From the IMG/VR virus record IMGVR_UViG_3300033064_005393, positions 1,249 to 65,248 of that record: a stretch of 64,000 nt of DNA. One strand, given 5' to 3'. The notes under the pieces were generated by a model. It saw only the letters and a program-made list of their open reading frames with translations, had not been told where the DNA came from and ran no database searches. The stretch comes from a virus (Duplodnaviria > Caudoviricetes). Each line of letters begins with the position of its first letter. The stretch's first letter is position 1. A program made the translations under genes and the position numbers. Below are positions 9,853-18,866 of the stretch, in pieces.

Positions 9853-10437
9853 TTATCTAATTTTTTTGATTTTTGTAACCTTACCTTCAAATATGTGAGA
9901 ACCAACTTTTAGTTGTAGTGAATCGTTAGATATGGTTTCAGATATTACACCTGAAGATTTTAATTCTTCTCTTACTACGTCTCTTACGGTGTCTCTTACA
10001 ACATCCCTAAGCATTTGTTTCAATTCACTCATATCAAAAGAATTGTTGTGTTGAGGAGTGTGGGATTCTTGAACTTGTTGTTTTTTTGTTCCCATCAATC
10101 TTGTTGCTCCCTGAATTATCTCATCAGACAAAACGGAGTCACCTCCACCTATACCATTTTGTTGAACGATAGGATTTTCTATCATTAGTTTTTTAATATC
10201 CTCCGGTAATTTTGAACCCAATATTCTATCCTGTGATGCGGGTCTTGAAACATTCATCTGTGACGGTTGTTTTGTTTCAAGAACCATTTCTTGTGGTATA
10301 TTGTATCTAGCTTCAGGAATTGACTTATCCATAGACATAGGCATTTCACCGTTAGATGCGATACCACCGCGTGGGATTTTATTTTGTGCGTCCATTATCT
10401 CTTTAGATAAGGCTAATTTTTGCATTAAATCACTCAT
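9853..10437 (-). CDS. Hypothetical protein, possibly head-associated
   Basis: 194-aa ORF, last of the minus-strand operon downstream of the TATTTAT motif at 12285-12291. Confidence 0.65.
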   Translation of the reverse strand: MSDLMQKLALSKEIMDAQNKIPRGGIASNGEMPMSMDKSIPEARYNIPQEMVLETKQPSQMNVSRPASQDRILGSKLPEDIKKLMIENPIVQQNGIGGGDSVLSDEIIQGATRLMGTKKQQVQESHTPQHNNSFDMSELKQMLRDVVRDTVRDVVREELKSSGVISETISNDSLQLKVGSHIFEGKVTKIKKIR

Positions 10438-10823
10438 TGATTATCAAATTTTGCGTTTAGTATAACTCGAGTCATACTTTTATCTCCGTCAAAGTTATAC
10501 CCAGTTCTCGCAGATGTAAACTTTTCCGGTGTAATACGATATGATAATATTTTATCAGCTCGGAATAACCTCCATCCTGGTAGAGGTTGTTCACCTGTTG
10601 TTGCTGTGTGAGATGAACCTTCTTCATCCCAAGCTCTTAATACTAGATTACCCGCTTTACTATATCCAACACAGACCGGTTCGATAGTTCTAAGTCCTTT
10701 ACCACCTGGTTCATCACCCTCATAGTATATAATAGTAATAGATTTATCCCTGATTGATTTTTGAATATCATTCAGAGATGCAATCTCAACAATTAAGGAC
10801 TTAATACTTTCGAGTAGTTTCAT
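10434..10823 (-). CDS. Stand-alone WYL-domain protein
   Basis: I-x-Y...R-x-IEP...L-x-AW...WRLFRADKI is the WYL (SH3-like) signature; no HTH or WCX domain is present. Confidence 0.8.
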   Translation of the reverse strand: MKLLESIKSLIVEIASLNDIQKSIRDKSITIIYYEGDEPGGKGLRTIEPVCVGYSKAGNLVLRAWDEEGSSHTATTGEQPLPGWRLFRADKILSYRITPEKFTSARTGYNFDGDKSMTRVILNAKFDNQ

Positions 10824-11119
10824 TATGCTGGCACGTAATACGGTTTACTTGAGTTATATTTGTTAACTTTGATGTCTTCCTTTCTTTCAGATTTATCAGT
10901 TTGTGTACCTGCGTTAGTGTTATTCACATCTAAGAAGTTACCCGTACCACGTCCGATTAAGTCACCATCAGCATTTGCGTCAGGATGTGTTGCAGAGTAA
11001 TTGTCAGACAAAGGAGAATAGTCGTTTCTTGGAAACAATCTTGATCTTTGTGCGTCTGCAATGGCAGACAACTCATTTTCTGGTTGTGAGAAGTCTAATT
11101 TATCGTTTTGAATTGCCAT
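10823..11119 (-). CDS. Hypothetical protein
   Basis: 98-aa ORF translationally coupled to its neighbours. Confidence 0.7.
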   Translation of the reverse strand: MAIQNDKLDFSQPENELSAIADAQRSRLFPRNDYSPLSDNYSATHPDANADGDLIGRGTGNFLDVNNTNAGTQTDKSERKEDIKVNKYNSSKPYYVPA

Positions 11120-11122
11120 AGT

Positions 11123-11578
11123 TTAAATCATTAATTTGTTTATTTTTCTTATTTCTAATGTCACCGCAGTATTGTATTTATTGATACCTTTTTCGTGTTT
11201 GGAACCTGGAGTGACATTTATTCCTGTTTTTTCGTGGCTGTCTATGTATTGGTTTTCCATCCCCGAATCAGCCTTAATTTTTTTTCCTTTTTCTAATGTG
11301 GTTCTCCAATGATTCAAAACTGTTTTACACCAGTTGTTCATTCTATTACCTCCATTTAAAATGAATGGGGCATCTTCCTTATTACCATTGTAAGTGTCAA
11401 ACCAATTTTTAACTCTTTTTAGTTGTTGATAAGTGATAATTCCATTTTCTCTTAATTCTTTGTTTCTGTTAAAACCTTCTGTGTTAGAATCTCCTTGAAT
11501 AGAATTAAAAGAGTCCTCAAGGTGTTTAATCAAAGACTCAGGTAATTTTGATTTTTTATCGTATAGACTTTTATTCAC
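11123..11578 (-). CDS. Hypothetical protein
   Basis: 151-aa ORF in operon context. Confidence 0.7.
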   Translation of the reverse strand: MNKSLYDKKSKLPESLIKHLEDSFNSIQGDSNTEGFNRNKELRENGIITYQQLKRVKNWFDTYNGNKEDAPFILNGGNRMNNWCKTVLNHWRTTLEKGKKIKADSGMENQYIDSHEKTGINVTPGSKHEKGINKYNTAVTLEIRKINKLMI

Positions 11579-12269
11579 GTGAAATCATTTTAAAAAGTTC
11601 TCTTATGGATATACCTTCTTTTTTGGCCATTTTTTTCAGTGATTTTGCATTTCTCAATAAAATATCAGATGCCTGTCCGTTAGATCGTATATCCAAATTA
11701 TTAGATCTTTTTGTTAGAATATCTTCTTCTAGTTCTTTTTCTTGTAAAACCGGTCTACCTACAAAGTTTTTATCATCCTTATATTTTGAATTTTCATCTC
11801 TTTCTTCAGTCTTACCCATCTCAAGAGCTCTTTCTTTTGCATTTTCTGAATCCATACCAAACTCTTTTTCCAAGTACTCGATAGTTTCGTCAGCTGTCAT
11901 ATCTTTAGTTTCTTCATAACCAAAGGCGCCTGACATATCTACCTCAGCAAGTTCACTTTCACCATAGTAAAATCTCATACCTTTGGTTCTTGGATCAAGA
12001 GGGATTCTTGTTGCGGCAACAGTTTGGTCTATTGTTTTTTTAGGGTGTAACGCAGGATCTAAAATTGGAATTTTGGAATTTGATAAGTTTCCATCAAAAT
12101 CAATAAATTCTTCAATTTCACCTTTAGGTTCTTGAAAAACTTTTTCAAATTCCTTGTGTGAGGAGCAAGGCATAAAACCATCGTCCATTTTATGGAATCC
12201 TTTACATCCCAATTCCTTGGCTTTTTTCTCAGCGTTTTCCTGTTTTCTAAATAGATTATACTCTATCAT
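11571..12269 (-). CDS. Hypothetical protein with an N-terminal Cys/His motif
   Basis: GCKGFH...FMPCSSH near the N-terminus; TATTTAT motif upstream on the coding strand. Confidence 0.7.
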   Translation of the reverse strand: MIEYNLFRKQENAEKKAKELGCKGFHKMDDGFMPCSSHKEFEKVFQEPKGEIEEFIDFDGNLSNSKIPILDPALHPKKTIDQTVAATRIPLDPRTKGMRFYYGESELAEVDMSGAFGYEETKDMTADETIEYLEKEFGMDSENAKERALEMGKTEERDENSKYKDDKNFVGRPVLQEKELEEDILTKRSNNLDIRSNGQASDILLRNAKSLKKMAKKEGISIRELFKMISRE

Positions 12270-12284
12270 TTCGGATTTTTATCT

Positions 12285-12310
12285 ATAAATACCATCAATA
12301 AACTATTTAT
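12285..12310. promoter_or_regulatory. Divergent pair of TATTTAT putative late-promoter motifs
   Basis: ATAAATA at 12285-12291 (TATTTAT on the minus strand) and TATTTAT at 12304-12310, each about 15 nt before divergent start codons. Confidence 0.65.
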
Positions 12311-12322
12311 CTTAAAAATCTG

Positions 12323-14476
12323 TTGATGGCCACCCAAAGCATTAATAATTATTACTTCAATCGGTACGATATTAGACTTGATAGTAGTTCATATTTTGAC
12401 ATAACATTGGCGTCCGATGCTCGTGGTTTTGATGAAGAAGTAGTATATTCACAAAAACTAATTGCTGAGGATAATGGTGATAGATTGCCTATTAACATCG
12501 ATCTGAATAGTTTTTATTGTAACCCCAAACAGGATTTGAAGTGGGGTGTTTATTATTCTGCCAATACTTTGGTATCAAAAAACTACTTTGATGTGGGTAA
12601 TTTGGATCAATCTTGTTTACCTGGTTATCAACCATTATGTGATGTTGGTTTGACTGCAACAGACAATGGTTTATATGATTTTATGACCGGACAAACTCTG
12701 TATTTCACAATGAAAGTAGAAAATGATCCTAATTCACAATATTATTTTGATCCACATTATTACAACAGAAGGATGAAATTACATCCCGTGAAAAGTGTAA
12801 TAGATCAACTACCGAATCAAAAGTTTTCAGGAATAACCGCAAATACCGTATATAATATTGTTTCAAAAAAAGATGACAGGGTTGGTTATTATAATGAACT
12901 TTATGGTGGATTTTATCAAGGATTTTACAAACTGTTTGGTTGGGATTATGAAGTTTTTCCTGAAAGAGTAAATAAAGGTTGGACTGCGGAGTTCTTGTTA
13001 AAACCAAGACAGAGAGACGAATTTACAATCAATCCGTCACAAAAATACTTGAATGACATATACCCTGATAATTCCGGTACTTTCTTCTTTTTTGGTACGC
13101 GAGCGGAAAACAAATATTACCATCCTGCTTCAGGTTCTGTCGAAAATGCAATTGGATTTTCTTGCGACTTTGATATTAAAATAAGTGGTGGGACACTTTG
13201 GCAATATGACAGAGTAACCTCAGGATTGACTTGTATCTCTGCTTGTTCCTGTTCATCGACCGCAGTCACAAACTCTAATTGTTTTGCGATTTATCCATAT
13301 TCTTCTACTACCGTTCTTCACAGAATAGGTCCTTGTGAGGTATATGAAACAGTACAAGATATCAAACCATATGATCCTGCTTGGGATGTTGTTTCAAACG
13401 CACTTTCACTACGATTTGAAGGGGATCCAAAAGATCCTCACCTGTGTGTAAAATATATTAAACTGACTGGTGATTGTGTAACTACGGGTGTTTGTACTAC
13501 AGGTTTAACATATGAGTCAGGATATACCATAAATGAGATATGTTCTTCAAGAGGTATCTATTTTGATTGTGACTATGACTCTTTGACTTGTTTGACGGCA
13601 AATACCAAAGAAAGATGGGTTTATATAAGTGCGGTATTCGATAGGTATGAAACTTTGGAAGGGTGTGATTTATTGAATGCCGGTGGTCTTGGTGATATTA
13701 GAAAAGAAGTTTACCCATCCGAACTTAACGGTACATCGTATAATCTTATTATGCCACCACAAACACACTACACTGGCGATACTGGTGTTTTAGCAGATTA
13801 TAACTATTGCACTGACACAATATCAGGAATAACAATAGATTGTTCTAAAAATCAGGGTGTTGAGCAAAAAGAGTCTATCATTCAATTGAATAGAAGATGG
13901 TTGGATGATGTTAGAAATAGAAGAGGGTTATTGAAGTTATACGTTAACGGATATCTTTTTATGATTATTGAAGATTTCGAAGAGATTATACCAAGGGAAT
14001 TGAATACCCAAAAAGAAAAACAAATAGGCGTTCCATTTAATATATCCATAGGCGGAGGAACTCAAGGTTTGAGAGAAAACACTATATTCCCAAATTGCGA
14101 AGACAAATATGGTCCGTATATTCAAGATCCTGAATTATTTCCAAATAATGTTTTGTCAGGGACATCCTTATCAGGTTTGAGTACCGAAATATTAATTGAA
14201 CAAAATTTTGGTGGAACATTTATGGGTGGTCTCTCCCAATTCAGAATGTATGTCGAACCACTCACATCTGCACAAATTCAACATAACGCAAGGATTTTAC
14301 AACCTTGGTTTGATTTATATGATTTTTGGTGTTCCAATTGCTATGATTGTCTATTGGAGTGTTTCTTCGATTTTTCAATTGGAGAAATTGCCTGTAATTT
14401 TGATTGGGTGTTGAGTGAAATTACTTGTGATTTTGGGTTTGTTGCATTTGACCCTGAGTATCCTAATGAATCTTAA
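12323..14476 (+). CDS. Cys-rich putative virion protein with a LamG/concanavalin-like beta-sandwich
   Basis: WTAEF.., W-x-YISAVFDR, LKLYVNG, ISIGG and FMGGLSQFRMY..PLT..QI..N LamG-like pattern; likely start is the ATG at 12326. Confidence 0.7.
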   Translation: MMATQSINNYYFNRYDIRLDSSSYFDITLASDARGFDEEVVYSQKLIAEDNGDRLPINIDLNSFYCNPKQDLKWGVYYSANTLVSKNYFDVGNLDQSCLPGYQPLCDVGLTATDNGLYDFMTGQTLYFTMKVENDPNSQYYFDPHYYNRRMKLHPVKSVIDQLPNQKFSGITANTVYNIVSKKDDRVGYYNELYGGFYQGFYKLFGWDYEVFPERVNKGWTAEFLLKPRQRDEFTINPSQKYLNDIYPDNSGTFFFFGTRAENKYYHPASGSVENAIGFSCDFDIKISGGTLWQYDRVTSGLTCISACSCSSTAVTNSNCFAIYPYSSTTVLHRIGPCEVYETVQDIKPYDPAWDVVSNALSLRFEGDPKDPHLCVKYIKLTGDCVTTGVCTTGLTYESGYTINEICSSRGIYFDCDYDSLTCLTANTKERWVYISAVFDRYETLEGCDLLNAGGLGDIRKEVYPSELNGTSYNLIMPPQTHYTGDTGVLADYNYCTDTISGITIDCSKNQGVEQKESIIQLNRRWLDDVRNRRGLLKLYVNGYLFMIIEDFEEIIPRELNTQKEKQIGVPFNISIGGGTQGLRENTIFPNCEDKYGPYIQDPELFPNNVLSGTSLSGLSTEILIEQNFGGTFMGGLSQFRMYVEPLTSAQIQHNARILQPWFDLYDFWCSNCYDCLLECFFDFSIGEIACNFDWVLSEITCDFGFVAFDPEYPNES

Positions 14477-14492
14477 TGAATATATATAAAAA

Positions 14493-15257
14493 ATGAATTT
14501 CTTCATCAGACAACACAGCAATCTTCCTGTACTTAAAGTTCAACTTTTCAAGGACAGTAGAAACAATTTTAGGGAATTTGCAAATGATTTGTTAGATGCA
14601 ACTATTACATTTTCAATGGTCGATGAGATAACAGGGACATACGTTATTATAGATCAACCAGCATATTTGGAAGAAAATGTTGGATATCCTGGTGAATACT
14701 TTATAGTTTATCAGTTTACTAAAAAACAAACCAAAAAAACAGGTGGTTACATAGGACAATTCAAAGTAAAAAATAATCAGGGTGAGATTATAGTACCTGT
14801 AAGGGAAATATTACAGATAAACATTACAGATTCTTTTAAGTTAGGTGATGCATCTGCAAGTTCATCTTGTTGTAAAGTTAATGGGGGATTTGTACCAACA
14901 CCAAAACCATCAGAGACACCAAATCCTGATTTTGTAACGCCTACGCCAACCGTCACACCAACTGTTACGACGACTCCTACAAATACTCCAACCCCAACTC
15001 CGAGTACGCCCTTTTACTATCTTAGTTTTAAATATAGTAACACCTCTTTCAATGATACTTGTTTAAATTCAGAAGATGGTGATACCTATTTTTCAAATAG
15101 TGTCCCACCTCTTGGTCTCGGGGAACTAATTTATATTAGTACTATTACAGGTAATGAGCCGGCACCTGATGGATATTACATATTGGATGATGATTCTATT
15201 GGTTATAGAGTTGTTTCGTCACAAATTTTGGAAGTCAATATAAACCCTTGTATATAA
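14493..15257 (+). CDS. BppU-like baseplate/fibre-attachment domain, Pro-Thr linker and small C-terminal domain
   Basis: F-x-I...P-x-L...Y-x-F...T-xx-G-x-YIGQF pattern followed by PTPKPSETP...TPTPTVTPTVTTTPTNTPTPTPSTP. Confidence 0.65.
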   Translation: MNFFIRQHSNLPVLKVQLFKDSRNNFREFANDLLDATITFSMVDEITGTYVIIDQPAYLEENVGYPGEYFIVYQFTKKQTKKTGGYIGQFKVKNNQGEIIVPVREILQINITDSFKLGDASASSSCCKVNGGFVPTPKPSETPNPDFVTPTPTVTPTVTTTPTNTPTPTPSTPFYYLSFKYSNTSFNDTCLNSEDGDTYFSNSVPPLGLGELIYISTITGNEPAPDGYYILDDDSIGYRVVSSQILEVNINPCI

Positions 15258-15266
15258 AATTTAGAT

Positions 15267-15620
15267 ATGGAATTCTTTATCAACCAAAATAGTGAATCTC
15301 CCCTCCTTTTAATGCAGGTGGTAAACGATGGAAGGACAAATGCCTATCAGGTGTACAATGCGGAGTTGGACAATGCGGTTATTCGTTTTTCTATGAAGGA
15401 AGAAGCTACGGGTATTATCAAGATTTTAGGTGGTAATGCATATATTACCAATGTGACACTTACGAATCCTGATGCACCAACACAATATTACATTTACTAC
15501 AAGTGGACCAAAAGGGACACGGCAAAAAAGGGTAGATACATCGGGGAGTTTTCAATTACAAACTCATTTGGTGAGTTGATTGCACCGATCAGAGAGACCC
15601 TTTATATCAACATCATTTGA
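15267..15620 (+). CDS. BppU-like domain protein, paralog of the upstream gene
   Basis: Aligns by eye with the N-domain of 14493-15257 (FFI.Q.S..P.L, YIG.F, GE.I.P.RE.L.INI). Confidence 0.7.
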   Translation: MEFFINQNSESPLLLMQVVNDGRTNAYQVYNAELDNAVIRFSMKEEATGIIKILGGNAYITNVTLTNPDAPTQYYIYYKWTKRDTAKKGRYIGEFSITNSFGELIAPIRETLYINII

Positions 15621-15647
15621 CATCCTAAGGGATACTTCTTATACTTA
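15616..15647 (+). promoter_or_regulatory. Putative host-RNAP promoter of the DNA polymerase gene
   Basis: TTGACA (15617-22), 17-nt spacer, TATACT (15640-45); also reads as TTTG-N20-TATACTTA, Bacteroidota-like. Confidence 0.6.
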
Positions 15648-15706
15648 TTGGACAAGAGTAATCTCAACTTAGTTGAGAGTATAATGTCTCAAGAAAAAGT
15701 AATATT

Positions 15707-18529
15707 ATGGTATCACAACAAGAAATCGAAGAATTCCTCTTAGGTGAGGACCCTGAAAAATATATAGTAGCTCTCGAATACGATTACGCTACATCAAAGA
15801 TTTACAAGATTATTCAGGACCCTGAAAAGGGAAAGATGATTAAACCCGATACATTTATTCCGTTTGCTTGGGTTGGTGATCTTCATAGTAAAAACTTTTA
15901 TGGACGTGATAAGTATCGTCAGAAACAAGCAATCACAGAACACGGGATTATAATTGAGAAGTTAGAGACACACGGAGACCCTCGTTTGGAGTTGGGTCTT
16001 CGTTTTTTTATCAAAACAACCAAGACATATCAGAACCTTGTGAACTTTTTTAAGAATGGTGGTTTGGATCCTTGGGATCGTGATAATTCGGGCGTTATAT
16101 CCATTTTACCTCCTGTTGAACAATATCTCGTGCAAAAACAGAAAAGATTGTTCAAGGGTTTTGAAGAATACGATGAGGTTCACCGATTTGTATTTGATAT
16201 TGAGACCACGGGTCTTAACCCGAAGGTCGACAAGATATTCCTTATCGGTATGAAAGATAACAAGGGATTTGTTCACCTGTTGTCTGCACAGAATGAAGAT
16301 GAAGAACGTGAGATGATTAAGGACTTCTTTAGGACAATCGATGTATTGAAACCAACACTTGTTGGTGGTTATAACTCGGCATTCTTTGACTTTCCCTTTA
16401 TTCTTACTCGAGCTCAGATTCTTGGATTGGACATTAAGAAGATTTCAAAAACCCTCCATCCCGATCACCCGTTAAAACAAAAAGAGGGTATTTTAAAACT
16501 TGCCAACGAGATGGAACCTTATACTCAAACACAGATGTGGGGTTATAACATTGTTGATATTGCTCACGCAGTTAGACGTGCTCAGGCAATCAATTCTGAC
16601 ATCAAGAGTTGGGGTCTGAAATACATTACTCAATTTATTGGGGCAGAGAAAGAAAACCGAGTTTACGTTCAGGGTGATAAGATAGGTAAGATTTATTTTG
16701 AAAAGGAGGACTATTACTTTAATCCCCTTTCGGGTGGATTCAAAAAAGTTGGCGATCGTGGAACTGAAGACTTGCAAACCAGATTCCCTGGTAAATTTGA
16801 AATAGTAAAAGGTTCATACCTTATCGAACGATACCTTGATGATGACTTGTATGAAACGATGATTGTTGATGGAGAGTTCAATCAAGCAAACTTCCTTCTT
16901 GCAAAATTAGTTCCAACAACTTATGAGCGTCTTTCTACTATGGGTACTGCAACTCTGTGGAAAATGATTATGGCATCTTGGTCTTACAAACACAATTTGG
17001 CAATTCCAGCAAAGGGTGAGAAACGACCATTTACAGGTGGTCTTTCAAGATTACTACAGGTAGGATACTCGAGAGATGTATTAAAACTTGACTATTCTTC
17101 CCTGTATCCTTCTATTCAGTTGGTTCACGATGTATTCCCAAAGTGTGATGTGACAGGTGCGATGAAAAGTATGTTAAAGTACTTCCGTGATACCCGTATT
17201 AAATACAAAAACCTTGCTGAAGAATACTCAAAGACCGACCCAAAACTATCATCACAATATGGACGTAAACAGTTACCTATCAAAATTTTTATCAATGCGT
17301 TATTCGGTTCTCTATCAGCACCTCACGTATTCCCTTGGGGTGATATGGATATGGGTGAACAGATTACTTGTACTGGTCGCCAGTATCTGCGTCAGATGAT
17401 TATGTGGTTTGGTAATCGTGGTTATGAATCATTGGTTATGGATACGGATGGTGTAAACTTTGCAGTCCCTGAAGAAAGATATTCTTACAAATACATCGGT
17501 AAAGGACTAAATGGTCTTGTAACAAAAGGAAAGGAATATGTTGGGACTGAGGCGGATGTTGCGGAATACAACGACATTTTTATGAGGGATGAGATGGGTC
17601 TTGATACAGATGGACAATGGCCAGCAACTATTAACGTTGCTCGTAAAAACTATGCCCTTTTGACCGATAAGGGTAAGGTAAAACTTATAGGTAATACCAT
17701 CAAATCAAAGAGACTTCAGACCTACGTTGCGGAGTTCTTGGATTCAGGTCTACGTATGTTGTTGGATGGTAAGGGTCACGAATTCTTGGATTCATACTAT
17801 GATTATGTAGACAAACTTTACAACAAAAAAATTCCAATAGCAAAAATTGCGAATAAAGCACGTGTAAAACAATCTGTTCAGGAATACAAACAACATATCA
17901 CAAAAAAAACCAAATCCGGTTCTTTTATGTCTCGTCAAGCTCATATGGAATTGTTATTGAAATCAGGTGTAAATGTAGGATTGGGTGATACGGTTTTCTA
18001 TGTGAACAATGGTGAAAGAAAATCACACGGGGATGTTCAAAAAAAGGGTGATGTACTTCTCTTGAATTGTTATTTGGTAAACGAAAAAGACATTGAACAA
18101 AATCCTGATATGTTGGGTGAATATAATGTTCCTCGGTACCTGACGGCCTTCAACAAAAGAATAGAACCTTTGTTGGTTGTATTTTCTCCAAAAATCAGAG
18201 ATGAAATTTTGGTCGAAGATCCTGAAAAGAGACCATATTTTACTAAGACACAGACACAACTTGTTCGTGGGTTCCCTCGACGCGATGGTGATCAAGATAA
18301 TATTGATGAAGTATTAACTTTGTCCGATGGTGAAATTGCTTTTTGGAGACACCGAGAAATCGACCCGTATTATATGTATCTTGATTCTACTATGGAACTA
18401 GTAAATGGTGAGTATATTGCAAAAAATAAAGACCTGATATATGGAGATTATGAGGTCAAAACGCAAATTCCTAAGGATGAGTTGTATGAGATGGACGAAA
18501 ACGGTGACTATTTAATTTACTCTTTATGA
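15707..18529 (+). CDS. Family B DNA polymerase with proofreading exonuclease
   Basis: FDIETTG, YNSAFFD, LDYSSLYPS, KIFINALFG, MDTDG and RKNYA motifs. Confidence 0.95.
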   Translation: MVSQQEIEEFLLGEDPEKYIVALEYDYATSKIYKIIQDPEKGKMIKPDTFIPFAWVGDLHSKNFYGRDKYRQKQAITEHGIIIEKLETHGDPRLELGLRFFIKTTKTYQNLVNFFKNGGLDPWDRDNSGVISILPPVEQYLVQKQKRLFKGFEEYDEVHRFVFDIETTGLNPKVDKIFLIGMKDNKGFVHLLSAQNEDEEREMIKDFFRTIDVLKPTLVGGYNSAFFDFPFILTRAQILGLDIKKISKTLHPDHPLKQKEGILKLANEMEPYTQTQMWGYNIVDIAHAVRRAQAINSDIKSWGLKYITQFIGAEKENRVYVQGDKIGKIYFEKEDYYFNPLSGGFKKVGDRGTEDLQTRFPGKFEIVKGSYLIERYLDDDLYETMIVDGEFNQANFLLAKLVPTTYERLSTMGTATLWKMIMASWSYKHNLAIPAKGEKRPFTGGLSRLLQVGYSRDVLKLDYSSLYPSIQLVHDVFPKCDVTGAMKSMLKYFRDTRIKYKNLAEEYSKTDPKLSSQYGRKQLPIKIFINALFGSLSAPHVFPWGDMDMGEQITCTGRQYLRQMIMWFGNRGYESLVMDTDGVNFAVPEERYSYKYIGKGLNGLVTKGKEYVGTEADVAEYNDIFMRDEMGLDTDGQWPATINVARKNYALLTDKGKVKLIGNTIKSKRLQTYVAEFLDSGLRMLLDGKGHEFLDSYYDYVDKLYNKKIPIAKIANKARVKQSVQEYKQHITKKTKSGSFMSRQAHMELLLKSGVNVGLGDTVFYVNNGERKSHGDVQKKGDVLLLNCYLVNEKDIEQNPDMLGEYNVPRYLTAFNKRIEPLLVVFSPKIRDEILVEDPEKRPYFTKTQTQLVRGFPRRDGDQDNIDEVLTLSDGEIAFWRHREIDPYYMYLDSTMELVNGEYIAKNKDLIYGDYEVKTQIPKDELYEMDENGDYLIYSL

Positions 18530-18865
18530 GTTTTTCAAACCATCAGATGACATAATATACCATTTATCGATGATGTATCTTAACTCAACACAAGCACCGA
18601 TTGATAGTTCAATCTCATCATAGAGATCATCAATGGACGAGTCTTCATTATTATCCAAAATAATTACTTTTGTCATCGCTTTGATTGTTATGTGGTCGGT
18701 TGTATTGTGATCCAAATAGACCTTACATTCGGGAATATCTCGGCACACAACCACAGATTCTCCATTTGTGGTGTATTCAGAGTTGTTTGTAACCACTAAG
18801 TCGGAAGTTTTAATCTCTCTACCCGCGATAATTTTTATGCTCGGTACAGATTTAAATGTTGTCAT
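18524..18865 (-). CDS. Small putative structural protein (fibre-like beta module)
   Basis: TIKA...ID...IEL...VELRY..KWYI pattern resembles fibre repeat modules; co-transcribed with the neck gene. Confidence 0.55.
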   Translation of the reverse strand: MTTFKSVPSIKIIAGREIKTSDLVVTNNSEYTTNGESVVVCRDIPECKVYLDHNTTDHITIKAMTKVIILDNNEDSSIDDLYDEIELSIGACVELRYIIDKWYIMSSDGLKNS

Positions 18866-18866
18866 T

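Noticed and set aside
17275-17310. Polymerase motif B reading NALFG instead of NSxYG as a sign of modified-base use
   Set aside because: A conservative Tyr-to-Phe change is too weak alone to infer altered specificity.
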